From positions 153,394-217,393 of the forward strand of contig NZ_JMCB01000003.1 in NCBI RefSeq assembly GCF_000737315.1: a DNA stretch of 64,000 nt. Reading direction: 5' to 3'. Positions 1 through 8,767 of the stretch are shown here, in pieces. Below the pieces are notes generated by a model. The model worked only from the letters and a program-made list of their open reading frames with translations. It was not told the DNA's origin and did not search any database. The translations under genes were made by a program, and so were the position numbers. Origin of the DNA: Hyalangium minutum (GTDB taxonomy: Bacteria; Myxococcota; Myxococcia; Myxococcales; Myxococcaceae). Every line of letters starts with the position of its first letter. Positions within the stretch are counted from its first letter, which is position 1.

Positions 1-634
1 GGCCGATCTGGGCAGCCCGGTAGTAGTTGAGGCCGGCGTCGACGGCCCCGGGCTGCTTCAGGGCCTGGAGCCACTCGGCCTCGTCCTCGGCGGAGAGCGC
101 GGCGCCGTGCTGACGGGCATCCTCGAAGATGGCCTGCTTCGCGAAGGCGAAGTCATTGCCGGAGATCTGCTGGTCGAAGCCCGGGGTCCGGAAGCCCAGC
201 ATGTACTGGCTGGCCTCCTGCTGCTTGGGGTTCTCGCGCAGATCGCGGTTGAAGAGGGCGGGGTGGGTGATGTTCACCGTGACGAAGCGGCGGATGAGCT
301 CCGGGTGACGAAGCACGAAGCTCCAGCCCAGGAGCGCACCCCAGTCCTGGCACACCACCGTGAGCCTGCGCAGGCCCAGGTGCTCCACGAGCGCGCGCAC
401 GTCTTCTACGAGGTTCTCGATGCGGTACGCCTCGACGTCCGTGGGGCGAGAGGTGAGGTTGTAGCCCCGGAGGTCTGGGGCGATGACCCGGTGGTCCTTT
501 GAGAACTCCGCCATCAAGCCCTTCCAGACGCCCCAGTACTCGGGGAAGCCGTGGAGGAACAGGAGGGGCTCACCCGTTCCCTGAGTCACATAGTGCATAC
601 GGATGCCGTTGACGTCCGCGTAGGCGTGCTGCAT
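1..634 (-). CDS. alpha/beta hydrolase, epoxide-hydrolase-like (5' part; 3' end runs off window)
   Basis: Minus-strand ATG at 634 preceded by AGGAGG; translation MQHAYADVNGIRMHYVTQGTGEPLLFLHGFPEYWGVW... carries the HGFPE..W motif typical of epoxide hydrolase/haloalkane dehalogenase-type alpha/beta hydrolases; frame open to window edge. Confidence 0.7.
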   Translation of the reverse strand, partial: MQHAYADVNGIRMHYVTQGTGEPLLFLHGFPEYWGVWKGLMAEFSKDHRVIAPDLRGYNLTSRPTDVEAYRIENLVEDVRALVEHLGLRRLTVVCQDWGALLGWSFVLRHPELIRRFVTVNITHPALFNRDLRENPKQQEASQYMLGFRTPGFDQQISGNDFAFAKQAIFEDARQHGAALSAEDEAEWLQALKQPGAVDAGLNYYRAAQIG

Positions 635-724
635 GGCGTGAGACCTCCTGTGTCCGGTGAGCGCGGTGTGCGGTGCCCGAGAGGATGCCTGAATCCCCTC
701 CAGGCAGTCGCATAGAATGGGGGG

Positions 725-1153
725 ATGCGTCTCCCCGCTACCCTGGTGGCTCCTGCGGACCCAGCGCGCTCCCGGTGGCGGATCCTGCCGCTGCTGCTGC
801 TGCTGCCCGTGCTGGGGCTGGGCTCGCGCTCGGGGGCTCCCTGGCTGCCCTCCTTCGTCGCGGAATACGCGGGGGACACGCTCTGGACGATGATGGTGTA
901 CGTGTGCCTCGTCTTTGTCTGGCCCCGCCTCTCGGTGGCCCAGGCGGCAGGGGCGGCGCTGGCGATCTCCTTCGCGGTCGAGTTCAGTCAGCTCTACCGT
1001 GCCCCCTGGATCGATGCGCTGCGCGCACATCGCCTGGGGGCACTGGTGCTCGGACGTGGTTTTCTGGGATCGGATCTGGTCTGTTACACCGTGGGCGCGC
1101 TGGTGGCGGCGGGAGCGGAGAGGTTGCTCGCCCAGCAACAGAGCGGGGAATGA
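725..1153 (+). CDS. hypothetical integral membrane protein (DUF2809-like)
   Basis: 142-aa ORF, several hydrophobic segments, high-GC codon bias; family assignment from memory only. Confidence 0.45.
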   Translation: MRLPATLVAPADPARSRWRILPLLLLLPVLGLGSRSGAPWLPSFVAEYAGDTLWTMMVYVCLVFVWPRLSVAQAAGAALAISFAVEFSQLYRAPWIDALRAHRLGALVLGRGFLGSDLVCYTVGALVAAGAERLLAQQQSGE

Positions 1154-1206
1154 GTCCCCGGGGAATAGGCGTTGGGCATACATTCGTGAATACTCCAGAC
1201 ACGAGC

Positions 1207-1701
1207 ATGACTTCTTCCCCGACCTTGACGGTGGTTGCGCAGACGGCTCCCAGCAATGAGAGCCTCTTCACCGCGTTCCGCGAGGAGCGCACCTCGAAGG
1301 TGCGCTGGCTCTTCGTGCTGTTGGTGCCGCTCCTGGGGCTGCTCGCGGCCTGGGGGTCGATGCACGGGCAGGAGCACGCGGTGCGCATCGTCACGGCGCA
1401 TGGCTTCAAGATGGTTCAGCCGGGCATGTCCCAGGCGGACGTGGTCGCGCGGCTGGGCAACCCCATTGGCAAGACTACCCGGGCGGACGGGGCGGAGTGC
1501 GTCCAGTACGGTGTGTTCTCCGTCACCGAGCCGTCCACCAACGTGTACGTGCTCTGCTACGTGGATGGGGTGCTCCAGGACGTGACGACGCGGCGCTACT
1601 CGCTGTGGACGGTGGATCCCTCCACCGGTGAGTTCATGCCGGCGGGCGTTCCGATGGAAGAGGAGCCGGCCAAGAAGCCTGCTCCTGTGCCCACGCCCTG
1701 A
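1207..1701 (+). CDS. hypothetical membrane-anchored protein with SmpA/OmlA(BamE)-like domain
   Basis: ATG at 1207 in frame of ORF 673..1701; N-terminal TM segment RWLFVLLVPLLGLLAAW; the MVQPGMSQADVVARLGNP segment resembles BamE/SmpA_OmlA fold. Confidence 0.5.
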   Translation: MTSSPTLTVVAQTAPSNESLFTAFREERTSKVRWLFVLLVPLLGLLAAWGSMHGQEHAVRIVTAHGFKMVQPGMSQADVVARLGNPIGKTTRADGAECVQYGVFSVTEPSTNVYVLCYVDGVLQDVTTRRYSLWTVDPSTGEFMPAGVPMEEEPAKKPAPVPTP

Positions 1702-1705
1702 TCGC

Positions 1706-2314
1706 ATGCGGACGAAAGCTTCGCCGCCCATTTCCCACCTGAGTGGCAAGGCGGCGCTCCCGCTGATCGAGGCTTACTTCGAGTTCAACCACCTGAAGCA
1801 GCTCTACCGTCAGGGCTGGCTCCGCGTGGGCATTTCTCCCGAGCGCTGCGAGAGCGTCGCCGAGCACTCCCTCGGCGTGGCCTTGCTGTGCCTCTTCATC
1901 GCCGACAGTTGGTTCCCCGAGGCGGATGCCTCCAAGGTCGTCCGGATCGCGCTGCTGCACGATCTGGGGGAGGCCCGTGTCGGTGACATCACTCCGCACG
2001 ACGGCGTGAACCCCACCCAGAAGCACGCGCTGGAGCGTCAGGCCGTGGCGCAGATCCTCGGCAAGCTGCCGCGTGGCGCCGAGTACCTCGCGCTCTGGGA
2101 GGAGTACGAGCAGGGCGCCTCCTTCGAGGCGAAGCTGGTGCGCCAGGTGGATCGGCTCGAGATGTCGCTCCAGGCCTGCGTCTACGAGCACCAGGGTTTT
2201 GGGGACCTGTCGCAGTTCTTCGCCTCGGCCGAGAAGGTCATGGAGTCGCCTCAGCTCCGGGCCGTCCTGACGGAGCTTCAGGCTCTGCGGCCCCCTCGCG
2301 CTGCTGCTCCCTGA
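1706..2314 (+). CDS. HD-domain phosphohydrolase (YfbR-like 5'-deoxynucleotidase family)
   Basis: ATG 1706 right after upstream stop; HD motif context ...AEHSLGVALL...LLHDLGEARVGDITPHD... Confidence 0.75.
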   Translation: MRTKASPPISHLSGKAALPLIEAYFEFNHLKQLYRQGWLRVGISPERCESVAEHSLGVALLCLFIADSWFPEADASKVVRIALLHDLGEARVGDITPHDGVNPTQKHALERQAVAQILGKLPRGAEYLALWEEYEQGASFEAKLVRQVDRLEMSLQACVYEHQGFGDLSQFFASAEKVMESPQLRAVLTELQALRPPRAAAP

Positions 2315-2326
2315 ACTCGCTTCGGC

Positions 2327-3181
2327 TCACCCGAACCAGGCGTTGGTGCTGGGGGCGAACACCTGGATGCGCTGTCTCAAGGCCTCCGGGACTCGCTGGC
2401 GGATGAGATCGTGCACCTGCTGCGGCCCGTAGAGCTGGCTGAAGTGCATCAGCACGAGCGCTTCGTTCTTGAACAGGTCCGCCCGGTCGATGATCTCGTC
2501 CAGGTGCGTGTGAAGGCGCTCCTGCGTCTCCTCCACGGTCCGTTTCGGGTCCAGGTACGTGCTCTCCAGGATGAGCACCCGGCTCTCCAGGATCGACGGC
2601 GCGGACTCCAGTACCCGCGCCAATGTATCCGTGGCGTAGGCCACCTCGAGCCGCTCGACCTCCTCGAAGATCCCAGGGGTGCCCTCACGCCGGAGGCGGG
2701 CGATCTCCTCGCCTGGGAGCCCCTGGTGCTCGGGCTTCAGCTTCGTGACGCGCTTGAGGAACTGGTAGCCGAGCGATGGGCCCGCATGGTGGGTCCGGAA
2801 GGCACGCACCCAGATGTCCCGGTCCACCTTGCGAGTGTCCCCTGGCAGCATGGGAATGGTCTCGTACGCGACCTCTGAGCGGTGCAGGCGGCCCAGGGCC
2901 TCGAGCGCCTCGCGGACCGCTGACTCGATCTCCGCAGGGAGGTACACCTGGGCGGGCGAGTGCTTGCCTACCAGCCCTCGGATCGCGAGCAGCGAACCCA
3001 GGGCGCTCGCATGGTCCGCGTGGCCGTGACTCAGGAAGAGATGATCCGTCGTGGCGAAGCTCCGCAGCGGGACGCCTGCGTCCAGCACCACGCCCAACTC
3101 CGGCACCTGCAGTGATGTGTAGACCCCCGCTACCGAGATCCCTCGGACGGTGTAAGGGCCTGCCTGCACTTCGGTCAGCAT
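2327..3181 (-). CDS. MBL-fold metallo-hydrolase (RNase Z/beta-lactamase superfamily)
   Basis: HxHxDH motif (LSHGHADHASALG); chosen start MLTEVQAGPYTV at 3181; longer upstream ORF extension lacks coding character. Confidence 0.7.
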   Translation of the reverse strand: MLTEVQAGPYTVRGISVAGVYTSLQVPELGVVLDAGVPLRSFATTDHLFLSHGHADHASALGSLLAIRGLVGKHSPAQVYLPAEIESAVREALEALGRLHRSEVAYETIPMLPGDTRKVDRDIWVRAFRTHHAGPSLGYQFLKRVTKLKPEHQGLPGEEIARLRREGTPGIFEEVERLEVAYATDTLARVLESAPSILESRVLILESTYLDPKRTVEETQERLHTHLDEIIDRADLFKNEALVLMHFSQLYGPQQVHDLIRQRVPEALRQRIQVFAPSTNAWFG

Positions 3182-3272
3182 GCCCGGCAAGGCTAATGGC
3201 CGGGCCCTCGGAGGGACACTGGAACTTGTAGCAGGGGCTCGGGATGCCAACGTTCCGAGTGAGAGGACGACC

Positions 3273-3491
3273 ATGCGAACGACTCCGACTTCGGCCCTTG
3301 TGCTGTTTCTCCTCGCTCCGGTCCTGGCGCTCGCCCAGCCGGGGATGGGGCCTACTGACGACCGCTGGGTGACCCAGAGCTCGGGCTTCTGGTTCTGGGT
3401 GATTGCCTTGGCCATCGCCGTGGTGGCCTTCATCGTGGCCAACGTCGTCTTCAATCGGCGATTGCCGCCCACGGGCCCCCGGGGACTCTGA
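3273..3491 (+). CDS. small hypothetical membrane protein
   Basis: 72 aa; signal-like N-terminus MRTTPTSALVLFLLAPVLALAQP plus second TM helix FWFWVIALAIAVVAFIVANVVF. Confidence 0.35.
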   Translation: MRTTPTSALVLFLLAPVLALAQPGMGPTDDRWVTQSSGFWFWVIALAIAVVAFIVANVVFNRRLPPTGPRGL

Positions 3492-3585
3492 GCCGCAGAG
3501 GCGTGGCGCAGGCTGTCTGTCTGCAAGGCAGCCTGGCGCCGGTGGGGCAGGGGAGCATGTGACCCGCCGAGGCGTTGGCTTCATC

Positions 3586-4887
3586 ATGCGTCTCGTGAGG
3601 CCCGCCTGCTGCACCGCCGTGCTGCTCCTCCTGCTGGGGATGCCCCGGCCCGCGGCGGCCTTCTCCGTGGGCGACCACCAGGCCCTGACCGAGGCCGCGC
3701 TGAAGGCGGCAGGCTCCGAGGCGCGCCCGCTGCTCGCGGCACACCGTGACGCGGTGCTGCATGGCGCCACCGCCGAGGATCTCAACCTCCACGTGAAGTG
3801 GACCGGCTGGCACCACTTCTATTGCCCCGAGGGCTCACTCCATACCGCTCTGCGCCACGCCTCCGACGCCCGGGTGCGGGAACTCTGGGAGGAGGCCTTG
3901 GAGGCCGCACGCCACGGCGATCTGGAGCGTGCCTTCGATCGCGCGGGGCACCTTGCCCACCACGTGCAGGACATGGCCTCGCCACCCCACGTGGTGCCGG
4001 TGAACCACGGGCTGTGGGATCGCTTCGAGCGGTATGGGGTCCGTGCCTCGCTGGCGCGGGCTCCGAGCCGCCAGGTGGCGCCACTTCCGGGTGCGGAGGC
4101 GCAGCAGGCGCTCGCGCGCGAGACACTGGCCGCCGTGCGGAGCGACTCACTGCCCACGTCTCACGGTCCGATCCCCTGGAGTGCCTTCTGGTCCGAGCCT
4201 TCCACCCGTGTCGCCGCAGCCTTCGGCAGTTACGGCGGAGAGGCGGGCAACGCGTTCGGCGTTCGCGAGGTGCGCTGGCAGGGCAAGCGCCACCCCATCG
4301 AGCCCGCAGGCTACGCTGCCTTCATGGACGCGCGGGTCTCCGGCGCGGTGGCGTACACCCGAGCCTTCCTCGAGTGGGCAAGTGATCGCTTCGAAGAGGT
4401 CGCCGCCGCGAAGGAGTCTGTCGCCTTGCGCGGCTTCCGCCCATCGCCCGAGCTGTCTCTGCAGCTCTTGGGCGGAGTGACCCGGGACTCGCGAGGAACC
4501 ACCTCGGTGCTCGGCCTCCGCGCGGCACTCCCGCTGCCTCGTGCGTTCATGCTGTCGCTGGATTGGACTCGAGGTGTGGGCAGCATGCAGGCCGCGCGAC
4601 GCTCGGGAGGCACGTCCCTGGTCCTGCTCACGCCGCCGCTGTGGACGGCCCGGCCCGGTTATCCCCTGGGGCTCGATCTGCGGGCCGCCGTGGGCGTGGG
4701 CCTGGTTCCTTGGGAGGGACAACAGCGGATCAGCGTACCTGCCGGGTTGCGCGCGCACGCGGCTCTGCCCACCCCCTTCTCCCTGAGCGCACAGGTGCTC
4801 TACCAGGGACTCCAGCCTCCCGGCGGCACGTGGAGCCATGGCGTCGCTTTCACCCTGGGAGCGGGTCTGGCCTGGGGAGACCGATAA
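3586..4887 (+). CDS. secreted protein with zinc-dependent phospholipase C/P1-nuclease-like N-domain and beta-strand-rich C-terminal half
   Basis: Signal peptide MRLVRPACCTAVLLLLLGMPRPAAA; His/Asp-rich N-domain (HQALTEAAL...HGATAEDLN...WHHFY...HHVQD); C-terminal half has alternating hydrophobic pattern typical of OM beta-barrels. Confidence 0.5.
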   Translation: MRLVRPACCTAVLLLLLGMPRPAAAFSVGDHQALTEAALKAAGSEARPLLAAHRDAVLHGATAEDLNLHVKWTGWHHFYCPEGSLHTALRHASDARVRELWEEALEAARHGDLERAFDRAGHLAHHVQDMASPPHVVPVNHGLWDRFERYGVRASLARAPSRQVAPLPGAEAQQALARETLAAVRSDSLPTSHGPIPWSAFWSEPSTRVAAAFGSYGGEAGNAFGVREVRWQGKRHPIEPAGYAAFMDARVSGAVAYTRAFLEWASDRFEEVAAAKESVALRGFRPSPELSLQLLGGVTRDSRGTTSVLGLRAALPLPRAFMLSLDWTRGVGSMQAARRSGGTSLVLLTPPLWTARPGYPLGLDLRAAVGVGLVPWEGQQRISVPAGLRAHAALPTPFSLSAQVLYQGLQPPGGTWSHGVAFTLGAGLAWGDR

Positions 4888-4983
4888 CCCTCCGGCATGT
4901 GGGGCGCGGTGCGGCATGAGCACCGGATCGTGACGGGCCGGTGGTTCCGTGTGGATCCATTTTCAGGTATTCCCTTCGCGCCC

Positions 4984-6708
4984 ATGACCCATTCCCACTC
5001 TTCCTCCTTCTCGAATGCGCGGGTGCGTCCCAGCGTCTTCAAGTTGCTCGGGGCCCTCGTTGCCGGCTCCGTGCTCACCCTCTCGGCTGGCTGCAGCGAA
5101 GATGAGCTGACGCCCGCGCAGGCGCCGACGAAGGTCCAGCTGATCGCCTTCAACGACTTCCACGGCAACCTGGAGCCCCCCACGGGGAGCAACGGCCGCA
5201 TCCGGGTGCCGACCAGCGATGGGAAGGGCGCGGATGTGAACGCGGGCGGCGGCGCGTACCTCGCCTACCACATCGACAAGCTGCGCCAGCGCAACGAGAA
5301 CACGGTGGTGGTGTCCGCGGGTGACCTGATCGGCGCCTCGCCGCTGGTGTCGGGCATCTTCCACGACGAGCCCACCATCGAGCTGATGAACCTGATCGGC
5401 CTGGACATCAACGGCGTGGGCAACCACGAGTTCGATGACGGCCGCGACGAGCTGCTGCGCATGCAGAACGGCGGTTGCCACGCCAACGGCTGCGAGGCCA
5501 GCGCCTCGTTCCCGGGCGCGAAGTTCAAGTTCCTGTCGGCCAACGTGATCGACACGGTCTCCAACAAGCCCCTGCTGGACGCCTACACCATCAAGGAGTT
5601 CGGCGGCCAGAAGATCGCCTTCATCGGCATGACGCTGGAGGGCACCTCGACCATCGTGAACCTGGCCGGCATCGTGAACCTCTCCTTCAAGGACGAGGCG
5701 GACACGGTCAACGCGCTGGTCCCCGAGCTGAAGAGTCAGGGCGTGGAGGCCATCGTGGTGCTCATCCACGAGGGCGGTGCGCAGGTGGCCACGGGCTACT
5801 ACAATGAGTGCGCCGGCATCTCCGGTCCCATCGTGGCGCTGACCGAGCGGTTCGATGACGCGGTGGACGTGGTCGTCTCCGGCCACACCCACCAGGCGTA
5901 CAACTGCACCATCGACGGCAAGCTCGTCACCAGCGCGGCCAGCCTCGGGCGCCTGCTCACCACCATTGATCTGACGCTGGATCCCTCCACGGGCGACATC
6001 GTGGAGAAGGTGGCCAACAACAACATCGTCACCCGCGACAACGCGAACACCCCGGCCGATACGCTGGTGAAGAAATACGTCAAAGACGCCACGCCCCTGG
6101 CCAGCCGCATCCTCGGCAACACGCCGGTGGAGCTGAAGGCCCCCATCCGGCCGCTGCCGGCGGGTATGTCGGGTGAGTCCATCCTGGGCAACATCGTTGC
6201 GGACGGGATGCTCGCGGCCACCAAGGACGAGGCCAAGGGCGGCGCCGTGATCGCGTTCCAGAACCCGGGCGGCATCCGCGCGGACATCAACGCCGGGGAC
6301 ATCACCTTCGGCGAGGTCTTCACCGTTCAGCCCTTCGCCAACAACCTGGTGACGCTCACCCTGACGGGTGCCCAGATCGAGAAGGTGCTGGAGCAGCAGT
6401 GGGGCGCCAACGTCTCCATCATGCAGGTGTCCGAGGGTTTCTCCTACACCTGGAAGGAGTCGGGGCCGGCGGGGGACAAGATCGATCCGGCGAGCATCAT
6501 GCTCAACGGGACGGTGATTGACCCGGCGGCGAGCTACCGCGTGACGGTGAACAACTTCATGGCCAGCGGTGGTGACGGCTACCTGGCGTTCACCGAGGGC
6601 ACGGGTCTGCTTACGGGTCCGATCGATCTCGACTCGCTCGAGGCCTACCTGCGGGTGAACAACCCGCTGACGGTCCCCTCGCTGGGCCGCATCACGCTCG
6701 TGCCGTAA
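4984..6708 (+). CDS. 5'-nucleotidase/metallophosphatase family lipoprotein (UshA-like)
   Basis: Signal/lipobox LTLSAGCSE; calcineurin-like motifs FNDFHGN, GNHEFD, VSGHTHQ and C-terminal 5'-nucleotidase domain. Confidence 0.8.
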   Translation: MTHSHSSSFSNARVRPSVFKLLGALVAGSVLTLSAGCSEDELTPAQAPTKVQLIAFNDFHGNLEPPTGSNGRIRVPTSDGKGADVNAGGGAYLAYHIDKLRQRNENTVVVSAGDLIGASPLVSGIFHDEPTIELMNLIGLDINGVGNHEFDDGRDELLRMQNGGCHANGCEASASFPGAKFKFLSANVIDTVSNKPLLDAYTIKEFGGQKIAFIGMTLEGTSTIVNLAGIVNLSFKDEADTVNALVPELKSQGVEAIVVLIHEGGAQVATGYYNECAGISGPIVALTERFDDAVDVVVSGHTHQAYNCTIDGKLVTSAASLGRLLTTIDLTLDPSTGDIVEKVANNNIVTRDNANTPADTLVKKYVKDATPLASRILGNTPVELKAPIRPLPAGMSGESILGNIVADGMLAATKDEAKGGAVIAFQNPGGIRADINAGDITFGEVFTVQPFANNLVTLTLTGAQIEKVLEQQWGANVSIMQVSEGFSYTWKESGPAGDKIDPASIMLNGTVIDPAASYRVTVNNFMASGGDGYLAFTEGTGLLTGPIDLDSLEAYLRVNNPLTVPSLGRITLVP

Positions 6709-6779
6709 GCCGTTTCAGAGCGCCCCTCTCTCGGTTGCGGGAGGGGGAGGGGCGTGCTCTCCGCCCGCGGAGCTCCGCC

Positions 6780-8234
6780 ATGCATCTTCGTGAGTATGTG
6801 ACCTTCGATGGGCTCGGCCTGGCGGAGCTCGTCCGGCGTCGAGAGGTGAAGCCAGAGGAACTCGTCCAGGTGGCGCTGTCGGCCATCGAGGCGGTGAATC
6901 CTTCCCTCAACGCCGTCATTGGCCTGGTGGAGGCCGAGACTCGGGCCACGCTGGCCAAGCCGCTGCCCGAGGGCCCCTTCACCGGTGTTCCCTTCCTGAT
7001 GAAGGATCTGGTGTTGCACATGGCCGGGGTCCCCACGGACATGGGGAGCCGGCTCTTCCAGGGGATGGTGGCGCCTCACGACACCACGCTCATGGCGCGC
7101 TACCGGCGCGCGGGCCTCATCCCGCTGGGAAGGACCAACGCGCCCGAGCTGGGCTTCAACGCCAGCACCGAGCCCGTACTGCACGGCCCCACGCGCAACC
7201 CGTGGAACCCGGAGTACAGCACGGGAGGTTCCAGCGGCGGCTCGGCGGCGGCGGTGAGCGCGGGCATGGTGCCCGTGGCCTATGCGAACGATGGTGCGGG
7301 CTCCATCCGCATCCCCGCCTCGCTGTGTGGCCTGTTCGGCCTGAAGCCCACGCGCGGCCGGACGCCGTCAGGGCCGGATGTGGCCGAGGGCCTGAACGGG
7401 CTGGGCGTGGAGCATGTGCTGTCGCGCTCGGTCCGCGACAGCGCGGCCCTGTTGGATGCCACGCTGGGGCCGGACGTGGGCGACCGGTACTCGATCACGC
7501 CTCCGGAGCGGCCGTATCTGGAGGAGGTGGCACGTGAGCCTGGGCGCCTGCGCATTGCCGTCACTTGGGATACGGGCGCTCAGGTTGCCGTGAGCCCCGA
7601 GTGCGTGGCCGCGGTGGAGGCCACCGCGAAGCTGTGCCGCGAGCTGGGGCATGAGGTGATCGAGGCGAAGCCCTCGTATCGCCCTCAGGCGATGTGGACC
7701 TCGCTGGCGGCGCTCTGGAGCTCGGGGACAGCGGCGTTGGTGGATGGGATGTCGGCGATGATGGGCCGCACGCCAGGGCCGGATGTGCTGGAGGCCTCGA
7801 TCTGGGCCACCGTGCTGAAGGGCCGGGAGCTCACGGCGGTGGAGCTGCAGCGGGCCTTCGCGATCATGAACCACCTCTCGCGCGAGGTGGGCCGCTTCTT
7901 CCTGCAGTATGACGTGCTGCTCACGCCCACGCTGCCCTATGCGCCGTACCGGCTGGGGGTGCTGAACGCGAACGCGCCGACGACGGCGGACGAGTGGATG
8001 CAGCACGCCTTCGGCTACTGCGCGTTCACGGCCCTGTACAACCTCACCGGCCAGCCTGCCATGAACGTGCCGCTCCACTGGAGCGCCGAGGGCCTTCCCG
8101 TGGGCGTCCAGTTCGTGAGCCGCTTCGAGGATGAGGCGACGCTGTTCCGCCTGGCCGGGCAGTTGGAGCGGGCTCGGCCCTGGGCGAAGCGGACTCCGCC
8201 CATTCATGCCGCGAGCGCTCGCGGGGCCGCCTGA
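6780..8234 (+). CDS. amidase (amidase-signature family)
   Basis: Start MHLREYVTF; AS signature GGSSGGSAAAV...GAGSIRIPAS. Confidence 0.85.
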   Translation: MHLREYVTFDGLGLAELVRRREVKPEELVQVALSAIEAVNPSLNAVIGLVEAETRATLAKPLPEGPFTGVPFLMKDLVLHMAGVPTDMGSRLFQGMVAPHDTTLMARYRRAGLIPLGRTNAPELGFNASTEPVLHGPTRNPWNPEYSTGGSSGGSAAAVSAGMVPVAYANDGAGSIRIPASLCGLFGLKPTRGRTPSGPDVAEGLNGLGVEHVLSRSVRDSAALLDATLGPDVGDRYSITPPERPYLEEVAREPGRLRIAVTWDTGAQVAVSPECVAAVEATAKLCRELGHEVIEAKPSYRPQAMWTSLAALWSSGTAALVDGMSAMMGRTPGPDVLEASIWATVLKGRELTAVELQRAFAIMNHLSREVGRFFLQYDVLLTPTLPYAPYRLGVLNANAPTTADEWMQHAFGYCAFTALYNLTGQPAMNVPLHWSAEGLPVGVQFVSRFEDEATLFRLAGQLERARPWAKRTPPIHAASARGAA

Positions 8235-8288
8235 GAGGGGCGCTCCGGCAGCAGCGCAATGCGTTAGGAAAAGATGCTATGAGCACCA

Positions 8289-8738
8289 ATGAAATGGTAT
8301 GAGCCCCAATTAATGAGGGTTCTGCTGGCCAACCACCACCTGCAGTACCGAGCGGGGTCCGAGCTTTACTGCCTGGAACTTGCGACGGCCCTGCAGCGGG
8401 TGGGTCATTGGGAGGCGGAGGAGCAGGCCCGGCGCGCCGAGCACGAGAGGCTCTTGGCACAGCTTCAGCACCAGCGATCCGAGCTGGAGGCACGGGCTCG
8501 GGCGTTGGAGGCGGAGCTGGGTGCGAAGGTCGGCGAGGCCGCGAACCTCCAGGCGGAGCTGGCGTCCGAGCAGCTCTTTCGCCAGCAGCGAGAGCAGGAA
8601 CTGGAGGCCATCCACACCAGCATGGCGTGGAAGGGCGTCAACCTGCTGCGTGCCCTCAAGGATCGAACCCTCTTCGTGCCACACACCCGGAGCCGGTGGA
8701 TCTACGACCGAGTCTTGCAGCGGCTCAAGGCGCAGTGA
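8289..8738 (+). CDS. hypothetical coiled-coil protein; possible remnant of a GT4-type glycosyltransferase gene
   Basis: Best start MRVLLANHHLQYRAGSELYCLELATALQRVGH resembles canonical GT4 N-terminus, followed by E/A/R/Q-rich coiled coil; AT-rich patch just upstream. Confidence 0.3.
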   Translation: MKWYEPQLMRVLLANHHLQYRAGSELYCLELATALQRVGHWEAEEQARRAEHERLLAQLQHQRSELEARARALEAELGAKVGEAANLQAELASEQLFRQQREQELEAIHTSMAWKGVNLLRALKDRTLFVPHTRSRWIYDRVLQRLKAQ

Positions 8739-8767
8739 GGGCAGGGAAGGAAGGGATCTGGGGCGGC

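Noticed and set aside
673-1701. 342-aa plus-strand ORF spanning two genes
   Set aside because: Its first 530 nt overlap the better-supported 725..1153 membrane-protein gene in another frame and lack the hydrophobic-protein signal. The real gene most likely starts at the internal ATG 1207 with an N-terminal TM helix.
4963-5892. Long antisense ORFs (e.g. 4963..5892 -, 5799..6323 -, 10068..11078 -, 15383..17308 -, 19067..20431 +, 30198..32333 -, 32340..35657 -, 38571..40772 -)
   Set aside because: Typical high-GC shadow ORFs opposite well-supported conserved genes (5'-nucleotidase, lipoprotein, recG, thrC, mutS, amiC, antiporters). Translations are Arg/Ala/Gly/Pro-rich low-complexity with no motifs.
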